Virus record (IMG/VR): IMGVR_UViG_2651869755_000011
Location: 1 to 5,710 of that record
Length of the DNA: 5,710 nt
Origin: a virus
Lineage: Duplodnaviria; Heunggongvirae; Uroviricota; Caudoviricetes
Direction: 5' to 3' (one strand)
Positions 1-4,969 of the stretch are shown here, in pieces. Under the pieces are notes generated by a model. The model had not been told where the DNA came from. It was given only the letters and a program-made list of their open reading frames with translations, and made no database searches. Both the position numbers and the translations under genes were made by a program. How positions within the stretch are numbered: the first letter of the stretch is position 1; each line of letters starts with the position of its first letter.

Positions 1-157
1 TATTGCTTACGCCAGAGAAATAACTGGCTGGCTGCTACACCATGTTGCCGGGCAACGAGGGAGACCGTCATCCCTGGTTCAAAGCTCTGCTGAACAATTG
101 CGATCTTTTCCTGTGTGGTACGCCGTCTGCGTTTCTCCGGTCCTAAGACATCAATCA
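1..157 (-). CDS. insC: IS2 OrfA (InsC) transposase regulator, 5' partial (first ~52 codons; rest is outside the window)
   Basis: Minus-strand translation from the ATG at 155-157 gives [52 protein letters not shown], matching the IS2 OrfA N-terminus as I recall it. It is absent from the ORF track because it runs off the window edge. Confidence 0.85.
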
Positions 158-249
158 TCTGCTCTCCAATGACTAGTCTAAAAACTAGTATTAAGACTAT
201 CACTTAAATAAGTGATATTGGTTGTCTGGTGATTCAGGGGGCCAGTCTA
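1..249 (-). mobile_element. IS2 (IS3 family), left end only; the element continues beyond the window start and its terminus is at 249
   Basis: The reverse complement of 231-249 reads TAGACTGGCCCCCTGAATC, which I recognise as the IS2 left terminus. An IS2 OrfA reading frame opens at the minus-strand ATG at 155-157. Identity is from memory of the IS2 sequence, not a search. Confidence 0.9.
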
Positions 250-250
250 G

Positions 251-346
251 AAGTTTTCTAATGGTATTTTGCGTCGTATAGAGAGAGCCGGACCTGATGA
301 TGACTTTTCTTTAGTAAGTATAATGGTGCGTGTGACGTCAGATTAG
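251..346 (+). pseudogene. Orphan 3' coding remnant abutting the IS2 junction; possibly the C-terminus of a gene split by IS2 (by position a candidate late antiterminator Q, unverified)
   Basis: An open frame runs from the IS2 junction (the in-frame TAG at 248-250 lies across the IS terminus) to TAG at 344-346 and encodes KFSNGILRRIERAGPDDDFSLVSIMVRVTSD. It ends immediately before a promoter-like element, which is the Q / pR' arrangement in lambdoid phages. I do not recognise the peptide. Confidence 0.25.
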
Positions 347-376
347 TTGTATAAACCCAGTAGGGAATGCTAATTT
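347..376 (+). promoter_or_regulatory. Candidate sigma70 promoter (pR'-like by position): -35 TTGTAT (347-352), 18-nt spacer, extended -10 TGcTAATTT (368-376)
   Basis: Motifs read directly from the sequence. A second candidate lies just upstream (perfect TATAAT at 319-324). No experimental support. Confidence 0.3.
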
Positions 377-415
377 CCCATACTACAGAGTAAAGAAAAA
401 CTTAATTTTAATGTG

Positions 416-442
416 AAAAGGCTGCTATCAGGCGGCCTTTTT
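416..442 (+). terminator. Putative intrinsic terminator (tR'-like by position)
   Basis: Stem GGCTGC (420-425) pairs with GCGGCC (432-437), including one G-U pair, around a 6-nt loop, followed by TTTTT (438-442) and preceded by an A-run. Confidence 0.45.
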
Positions 443-450
443 ATGTCTGA

Positions 451-783
451 AAAGCTGTGCAGTACGTTAAACACGCTTGTGGTTGTGAATGCCGACTGCG
501 GCGGTATTTTGGCGTGACAGCGCAGGTGCCGTATACCGATGTCTGGACGCATAAACCGGTGCAGTTCTATCCCGGGAAACATCCGTGCGAAAAACCGGCA
601 GAAATGCTGCAGCAGATAATCAGCGCAAGCAGTCGTCCGGGAGACCTGGTTGCAGATTTTTTTATGGGCTCAGGTTCAACGGTAAAAGCGGCACTGGCGC
701 TCGGGCGTCGTGCGATTGGCGTTGAACTGGAGACCGGACGTTTTGAGCAGACAGTCAGGGAAGTTCAGGATTTAATCGTTTGA
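451..783 (+). pseudogene. N6-adenine (N6/N4 family) DNA methyltransferase, C-terminal remnant; the N-terminal catalytic region is missing
   Basis: The 108-aa ORF (457-783, GTG start) contains HPCEKP and DFFMGSGST, which resemble the conserved HPTQKP and AdoMet-binding F-x-G-x-G motifs at the C-terminal end of beta-class amino-methyltransferases. The frame is closed at 448-450 and the 200 bp upstream is noncoding, so no DPPY catalytic motif can be present. Confidence 0.65.
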
Positions 784-832
784 AACGGATGAGATTGCAG
801 AATTAATTACGCACCATTATTATTCTGCTTCC

Positions 833-908
833 GGCCCTTTAGCTCAGTGGTGAGAGCGAGCGACTCATAATCGCCAGGTCGCTGGTTCAAATCCAGCAAG
901 GGCCACCA
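833..908 (+). tRNA. ileZ: tRNA with CAU anticodon, tRNA-Ile2 (lysidine type, AUA decoder) by similarity to E. coli ileX; tRNA-Met cannot be excluded
   Basis: Manual cloverleaf: acceptor GGCCCTT/AAGGGCC, D-stem GCTC/GAGC, anticodon loop CTCATAA (anticodon 866-868), T-arm GCTGG-TTCAAAT-CCAGC, encoded CCA at 906-908. The symbol follows the ileZ-argN-argO cluster described in Stx-type prophages. Confidence 0.85.
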
Positions 909-915
909 TCACATA

Positions 916-992
916 CCGCCATTAGCTCATCAGGAAAGAGCGCCAGCCTTCGAAGCTGGTTGCGCGGAGTTCGGGTCCCCGAAGGCGGTCCA
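916..992 (+). tRNA. argN: tRNA-Arg(UCG)-like, atypical and possibly degenerate
   Basis: Manual fold: perfect 5-bp anticodon stem CCAGC/GCTGG with loop CTTCGAA (anticodon 950-952), canonical U8/A9, D-stem GCTC/GAGC, encoded CCA at 990-992. It also has an A-A mismatch in the acceptor stem, an A-C mismatch in the T-stem and a T-loop of TTCGGGT (G where A58 is normally conserved). Confidence 0.5.
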
Positions 993-1005
993 TTATCTGT
1001 ATCCT

Positions 1006-1082
1006 GCGTTGTTAGCTCAGCCGGACAGAGCAATTGCCTTCTAAGCAATCGGTCACTGGTTCGAATCCAGTACAACGCGCCA
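1006..1082 (+). tRNA. argO: tRNA-Arg(UCU), AGA decoder
   Basis: Manual cloverleaf with perfect acceptor stem GCGTTGT/ACAACGC, D-stem GCTC/GAGC, anticodon stem ATTGC/GCAAT with loop CTTCTAA (anticodon 1040-1042), T-arm ACTGG-TTCGAAT-CCAGT, discriminator G and CCA at 1080-1082. Confidence 0.85.
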
Positions 1083-1097
1083 CACTTATTTTCCCTG

Positions 1098-1121
1098 GCT
1101 CGCTTTTGCGGGCTTTTTTTT
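1098..1121 (+). terminator. Intrinsic terminator directly after the tRNA cluster
   Basis: Stem GCTCGC (1098-1103) pairs with GCGGGC (1108-1113), one G-U pair, loop TTTT, followed by eight T (1114-1121). Confidence 0.6.
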
Positions 1122-1127
1122 AAATGT

Positions 1128-1341
1128 CTCACAATTCAGGCGGTTGACTGTTGTCTGGTTTGCGGGGAGTTTGTTAAAAGAAACTGGCATGGTGAATCCC
1201 CCTGTGCGGAGGGGCAATCAGCGAGTAGGTATATGGGATAATCGCGGATTCAGGTGCTGGTACTGAATTCACCGGGAGGCACCCGGCACCATGCAATGGC
1301 ACATAGCGCCACTCTCCAGCCCCTCTCCGGAGGGGCTTTTC
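1128..1341 (+). repeat. Copy A of a duplicated noncoding module (candidate small-RNA or regulatory unit) ending in an intrinsic terminator
   Basis: Shares ordered blocks with copy B: CTCACAATTCAG, TTGAC(T/A)GTTG, TTTGTTAAAA(G/A)AAA, GCATGGTGAATCCCCCTG(T/A)GCGGAGGGGC, TGAA(T/C)TCACCGGGAGGCACCCGGCACCATG and AGCCCCTCTCCGGAGGGGCTTT. Internal hairpins include CCCCT/AGGGG and CCGGG/CCCGG. Confidence 0.75.
1319..1340 (+). terminator. Intrinsic terminator closing module copy A
   Basis: 7-bp GC-rich stem GCCCCTC (1319-1325) / GAGGGGC (1330-1336), tetraloop TCCG, then TTTT (1337-1340). There is no U-run on the minus strand, so it acts on the plus strand only. Confidence 0.65.
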
Positions 1342-1396
1342 TGTGCCGGATACATCACAGTTTCTGGAACCTTAGGTACTACAGTATCAGTCAGGG

Positions 1397-1405
1397 TGCT
1401 ATATT
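1397..1405 (+). promoter_or_regulatory. Candidate extended -10 promoter (TGcTATATT) for a short transcript ending at the 1532-1558 terminator
   Basis: TG at 1397-1398 and hexamer TATATT at 1400-1405; no convincing -35. About 150 nt downstream is an intrinsic terminator. Confidence 0.3.
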
Positions 1406-1531
1406 TTCAGATGTGATGAAAGCCTGTCAGCAGGCAGGGCGTATCGGAAATGACCCAGTAGAGAAAACGTTGACTCAGATACCGGTGCTGAGTTACCGGG
1501 AAACCGGCATCACATGACCGCTATCCTTCCA

Positions 1532-1558
1532 GGCCCATCCGCTCCGGTGGGCCTTTTT
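1532..1558 (+). terminator. Intrinsic terminator
   Basis: Stem GGCCCA(T)CCG (1532-1541) pairs with CGGTGGGCC (1545-1553), giving 9 bp with one bulged T around loop CTC, followed by TTTTT (1554-1558). Confidence 0.6.
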
Positions 1559-1595
1559 ACTGCAGAAAACAGGTTCCCCGTTAAATGCTATGTTG

Positions 1596-1829
1596 CTCAC
1601 AATTCAGTAAGTTGACAGTTGCCTGTCAGACTGGGCATTTGTTAAAAAAATTTCGCATGGTGAATCCCCCTGAGCGGAGGGGCGACTGGTGACGGTATAA
1701 TCTCTGATTATCAAAACGAGAATGACGCGGGTTTAGTGGCACCGGGCTGAACTCACCGGGAGGCACCCGGCACCATGTGCATGATGATACAGATACGCGG
1801 CTTTAGCCCCTCTCCGGAGGGGCTTTCTT
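1596..1829 (+). repeat. Copy B of the duplicated noncoding module, ending in an intrinsic terminator
   Basis: Same ordered conserved blocks as copy A, with variable sequence between them. It contains a perfect TTGACA (1612-1617) inside the palindrome TGACAG-N4-CTGTCA (1613-1628) and a perfect TATAAT (1696-1701). Confidence 0.75.
1806..1829 (+). terminator. Intrinsic terminator closing module copy B
   Basis: Stem GCCCCTC (1806-1812) / GAGGGGC (1817-1823), loop TCCG, then TTTCTT. Confidence 0.6.
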
Positions 1830-1835
1830 ATGGAC

Positions 1836-1864
1836 AAAAAAAGCCCGCGCTGGGAGACGCGGGC
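1836..1864 (-). terminator. Minus-strand intrinsic terminator, convergent with the copy-B terminator
   Basis: 7-bp stem GCCCGCG (1843-1849) / CGCGGGC (1858-1864) with an 8-nt loop. On the minus strand the hairpin is followed by seven U (plus-strand A-run 1836-1842); there is no U-run on the plus side. Confidence 0.5.
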
Positions 1865-1932
1865 GGCAAGGAATAAACAATAAAACGTGAAGTAATATTT
1901 CAGCTGGCGAATAATACCCCATAGTAATCACT

Positions 1933-1955
1933 CTGCGCAACTGCGCGGTCTTTTT
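1933..1955 (+). terminator. Intrinsic terminator-like hairpin upstream of the esterase gene
   Basis: Stem CTGCGC (1933-1938) / GCGCGG (1943-1948) with one G-U pair, loop AACT, followed by TCTTTTT (1949-1955). Confidence 0.45.
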
Positions 1956-2057
1956 CGAATTGCGGGCTGTAGTCTCCCTTCTGCCATTGTCCTGTAACTT
2001 CCGGACTTCAGCCTGCTCCTTATCTGACTCACAACATTATCCCGCCCGGGAGGATTC

Positions 2058-3911
2058 ATGGCATTTAAACACTATGACGTGGTCAGGGCGGCATCGCCGT
2101 CAGACCTTGCGAAACGACTGACACAAAAACTGAAGGAGGGCTGGCAGCCGTTTGGTAGTCCGGTGGCCATAACCCCTTATACCCTGATGCAGGCGATTGC
2201 AGCAGAAGGTGATGTGGTCGTCAGTGGTGCAACTGAGCCGGAGTGGTACTACGTCATCGTACTGGCCGGGCAATCCAATGCCATGGCTTACGGTGAAGGG
2301 CTTCCGCTTCCGGATTCATACGATGCGCCCCATCCGCGCATTAAGCAACTGGCCCGTCGTAACACAGTGACTCCCGGTGGTGAAGTATGCGTATTTAACG
2401 ACATCATTCCTGCTGACCATTGTCTGCATGATGTTCAGGATATGAGTACGATTAACCATCCCCGGGCTGACCTGAGCAAAGGGCAGTACGGCTGTGTCGG
2501 ACAGGGCTTACATATTGCCAAAAAACTGCTTCCGTATATCCCTAATAATGCGGGGATCCTGCTGGTACCATGCTGTCGTGGTGGTTCGGCATTCACCCAG
2601 GGCACGGAGGGGACATTCAGCGAGTCCACGGGAGCCAGTCAGGATTCGGCTCGCTGGGGAGTGGGTAAGCCGTTATATCAGGATCTGCTTTTCCGCACGA
2701 AGGCAGCATTGCAGAAAAACCCGAAAAACGTTTTGCTGGCGATATGCTGGATGCAGGGGGAATTCGATATGACGAATGCCAGTTACGCCCAGCAGCCAGC
2801 AGCATTTCTTGCAATGGTACAGCAGTTCCGTGCTGACCTTGCCGGGCTGGCAGCGCAGTGTCACGGTGGAAGTCCGGCATCAGTCCCCTGGATTTGTGGC
2901 GACACGACATACGCGTGGAAACAAGAACACGGTACGCAATATGAAGTGGTATATGGTGCATATAAAGGTAAAGAATCCCAGCAGATTTATTTTGTTCCCT
3001 TTATGACCGATGGTAGCGGAGTTAATACACCGACAAACAACCCGTCAGAAGATCCTGATATTGTCGGGTCTGGTTATTACGGTTCGGCATCCCGAACGAA
3101 CAAAAACTGGGTATCATCAAATCGCCCGACGCATTTCAGCTCATGGGCGCGTCGTGGCATTATTCCCGATCGTATGGCAACTGCTATTCTGAACGTAGCC
3201 GGTCGCACCTTAGCCTTCATTAGTGGTAAGGCACCGGAAATCAAACTCTCGCCCGGCGGCGACACGCCATCGGGGCCGTCTGAAGATGCATCCATACGCA
3301 CAATCTCCCTGTTGCCGACAGCCGGAGACGCTGCTGCGCAGGGCTGGAGCATTAAGAATGGCGGAATTCAGTTGTCAGATGGTGTATTTAAGATCACCAA
3401 GCAGAGCAATAAAGCCTGGTCCCTGACGCGCCCGGTGGATGACGCAGTCTCCCTGCTGACACGGGGTGGCAGACTGAGCTGTAAGTTTCGACTGTCAGGC
3501 GCACTGACCAACAATCAGTTCGGTCTGGGAATTTATCTGTATACCGATGTAGCGTTACCTGACGTCGTGGCGATGACCGGGACTGGTAACCCGTTCCTGA
3601 TGTCGTTCTTCACCCAGACCACAGACGGCAAACTGAATCTGATGCATCACAAGAAAGCAGGAAACACAAAGTTGGGCGAGTTCGGGAATTACAGTAACGA
3701 CTGGCAGACGCTGGAGCTGGTGTTCACCGCCGGCAGTGCCACGGTTACTCCGAAACTGAATGGAGTGGCTGGCCCGGCATTCCAGGTCATAAAAGACAGT
3801 CTGACACTGGGGCTGAATGCGCTGACGCTGACGGATATTACCAAAAATGCAGCGTATGGCGTTGAGATAGAAAGTCTGGTGCTGGAGATAAATGCACCGG
3901 CATCATCATAA
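2058..3911 (+). CDS. nanS-p: Prophage-encoded sialate (N-acetylneuraminate) O-acetylesterase, NanS-p-like: N-terminal DUF1737-like region, SGNH/SASA esterase core, long C-terminal domain of unclear function
   Basis: 617-aa ORF with SD GGGAGG 7 nt upstream of the ATG. The N-terminus MAFKHYDVVRAASPSDLAKRLTQKLKEGWQPFGSPV and the esterase block I motif VIVLAGQSNAMAYGEG (putative catalytic Ser73) match the NanS-p family of EHEC prophages as I know it. The position after the tRNA cluster and before the holin is typical. Confidence 0.88.
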   Translation: MAFKHYDVVRAASPSDLAKRLTQKLKEGWQPFGSPVAITPYTLMQAIAAEGDVVVSGATEPEWYYVIVLAGQSNAMAYGEGLPLPDSYDAPHPRIKQLARRNTVTPGGEVCVFNDIIPADHCLHDVQDMSTINHPRADLSKGQYGCVGQGLHIAKKLLPYIPNNAGILLVPCCRGGSAFTQGTEGTFSESTGASQDSARWGVGKPLYQDLLFRTKAALQKNPKNVLLAICWMQGEFDMTNASYAQQPAAFLAMVQQFRADLAGLAAQCHGGSPASVPWICGDTTYAWKQEHGTQYEVVYGAYKGKESQQIYFVPFMTDGSGVNTPTNNPSEDPDIVGSGYYGSASRTNKNWVSSNRPTHFSSWARRGIIPDRMATAILNVAGRTLAFISGKAPEIKLSPGGDTPSGPSEDASIRTISLLPTAGDAAAQGWSIKNGGIQLSDGVFKITKQSNKAWSLTRPVDDAVSLLTRGGRLSCKFRLSGALTNNQFGLGIYLYTDVALPDVVAMTGTGNPFLMSFFTQTTDGKLNLMHHKKAGNTKLGEFGNYSNDWQTLELVFTAGSATVTPKLNGVAGPAFQVIKDSLTLGLNALTLTDITKNAAYGVEIESLVLEINAPASS

Positions 3912-3996
3912 AAAGTGAGCCAGCCAAATGGAAGGTATCGTTAAACTCACCGGTAGTGTCAGTGGGTCGTCTGAGATGCCTGCATGAGTTATCAGA

Positions 3997-4026
3997 GCCA
4001 TCAGTACTTAACTGGTGGCTTTTTTT
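3997..4026 (+). terminator. Intrinsic terminator between the esterase gene and the holin
   Basis: 8-bp stem GCCATCAG (3997-4004) / CTGGTGGC (4012-4019) with one G-U pair, 7-nt loop, followed by TTTTTTT (4020-4026). Confidence 0.5.
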
Positions 4027-4061
4027 ATTGTTGTCAGCTTCCGGATAACGGGAGACGGGGT

Positions 4062-4277
4062 ATGTACCAGATGGAAAAAATCACAACAGGTGTGTCATAC
4101 ACCACGTCAGCGGTGGGAACGGGCTACTGGTTCCTGCAGTTGCTGGACAGGGTTTCCCCGTCTCAGTGGGCGGCAATAGGCGTGCTGGGGAGTCTGCTGT
4201 TTGGGCTGCTGACATATCTGACTAACCTGTATTTCAAAATCAGAGAGGACCGTCGTAAGGCTGCACGGGGAGAGTAA
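4062..4277 (+). CDS. S: Class II holin (phage 21 S-type pinholin), 71 aa, with dual-start motif MYQM (Met1 at 4062, Met4 at 4071)
   Basis: [71 protein letters not shown] closely resembles the phage 21 S protein as I recall it, with two hydrophobic segments and a charged C-terminus. SD GGAGACGGGG lies upstream. The ORF-track start at 3984 would add an N-terminal extension that overlaps the upstream terminator and has no RBS. Confidence 0.85.
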   Translation: MYQMEKITTGVSYTTSAVGTGYWFLQLLDRVSPSQWAAIGVLGSLLFGLLTYLTNLYFKIREDRRKAARGE

Positions 4278-4281
4278 TTCA

Positions 4282-4626
4282 ATGACTCAAAACTATAAAC
4301 TGATTGTGAAAGGGATCCGCAATTTTGAGAATAAAGTTACGGTAACTTTAGCGTTACGGGACAAAAAACGCTTTGACGGTGAAATTTTTGACCTGGACAT
4401 CTCGCTGGACCGTGTTGAAGGTGCCGCGCTGGAGTTTTATGAGGCAGCAGCCAGAAGGAGCATCAGACAGGTCTTCCTGGATGTTGCTGCCGGGTTATGT
4501 GAAGGGGATGAGCAGTCGCCGGAAAAGCGCCCCGTAATTTTAGAGGCGCAGGATGTGTTGATAACCTACAGAGGAAAACTACCGGGAATAATTACGGGTT
4601 CTCTGAAGAGTCCGCCGAAATGGTAA
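4282..4626 (+). CDS. Hypothetical 114-aa protein inserted between holin and endolysin (function unknown; possibly comparable to the uncharacterised genes found between S and R in some E. coli prophages)
   Basis: ATG at 4282 is 4 nt after the holin stop, with SD GGGGAGAG at 4267-4274, so it is translationally coupled to the holin. The sequence looks like ordinary coding sequence. I do not recognise the protein. Confidence 0.6.
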   Translation: MTQNYKLIVKGIRNFENKVTVTLALRDKKRFDGEIFDLDISLDRVEGAALEFYEAAARRSIRQVFLDVAAGLCEGDEQSPEKRPVILEAQDVLITYRGKLPGIITGSLKSPPKW

Positions 4627-4864
4627 TTTTACCAGCATATTTTTCATCCAGTAATACAGCAAGCCGCCTGAAAGAGTCTTGTTGTTCCTGAGACCATTTG
4701 GGATTGCATGATTCAAACTGGATTGATGCCAGCGTTGATTGCATCTGTTCCCTTGGAATTGAGAATGCCAGATATGAGAAGGCGACGGTAAGGGTATTCA
4801 CGTCTTCCCGAAGCCTGGAAATGCTGTCGAGCAACTCCTGTAGAGAAATGGTGTTATTGTCCAT
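4592..4864 (-). CDS. Possible 90-aa hypothetical protein on the opposite strand, convergent with and overlapping the 3' end of the 114-aa ORF by 35 nt
   Basis: Minus-strand ATG (4862-4864) is preceded by SD GAGGA at 7-nt spacing. A promoter-like pair lies upstream on the minus strand (TTGCCT, 19-nt spacer, TACAAT). It fills most of an otherwise unexplained 343-bp gap between ORF114 and the endolysin. No recognisable homology. Confidence 0.4.
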   Translation of the reverse strand: MDNNTISLQELLDSISRLREDVNTLTVAFSYLAFSIPREQMQSTLASIQFESCNPKWSQEQQDSFRRLAVLLDEKYAGKITISADSSENP

Positions 4865-4896
4865 AAATAATCCTCATGATTGTATTGACCTGTTAG

Positions 4897-4916
4897 CAGC
4901 CTGAGGCAACAGGCTG
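4897..4916. promoter_or_regulatory. Perfect 7-bp inverted repeat CAGCCTG-N6-CAGGCTG between the putative minus-strand gene and the endolysin; candidate operator
   Basis: Read directly. There is no U-run on either side, so it is unlikely to be a terminator. It overlaps the -35/spacer of the putative minus-strand promoter. Confidence 0.3.
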
Positions 4917-4969
4917 GAACTGATAAACATATCCAGGGCTCAGAAACCGATAAATCCTGATAAATATCC

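Noticed and set aside
370-582. 70-aa minus-strand ORF
   Set aside because: Antisense to the methyltransferase remnant and running across the 416-442 terminator; no RBS.
887-1132. 81-aa minus-strand ORF (and the 93-aa plus-strand ORF 960-1241) across the tRNA cluster
   Set aside because: Both lie entirely over the three tRNA genes and the downstream terminator; typical spurious ORFs in structured RNA sequence.
1254-1517. 87-aa ORF (GTG start) spanning repeat copy A, its terminator and the following short transcription unit
   Set aside because: No Shine-Dalgarno, reads through a strong intrinsic terminator, and the corresponding frame is not conserved in repeat copy B.
1144-1701. Perfect TTGACT/TTGACA and TATAAT hexamers inside the repeat modules as classical sigma70 promoters
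   Set aside because: The -35-like and -10-like hexamers are not spaced 16-19 nt apart (nearest partners are more than 70 nt away), so a canonical promoter cannot be assembled from them. They may instead be protein-binding or pause elements.
2435-3426. Eight alternative-frame ORFs of 60-114 aa nested inside the esterase gene on both strands
   Set aside because: All fall wholly within the well-supported 617-aa NanS-p-like reading frame, and I saw no independent start signals for them.
3984-4061. Upstream ATG at 3984 giving a 97-aa extended holin
   Set aside because: The extension overlaps the intrinsic terminator at 3997-4026 and has no RBS. The SD precedes the ATG at 4062, and the 71-aa product matches the expected S21-type holin length with its MYQM dual start.
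4698-4904. 68-aa plus-strand ORF in the holin-endolysin gap
   Set aside because: No Shine-Dalgarno; it overlaps the minus-strand ORF, which has a clear RBS and promoter-like signals.
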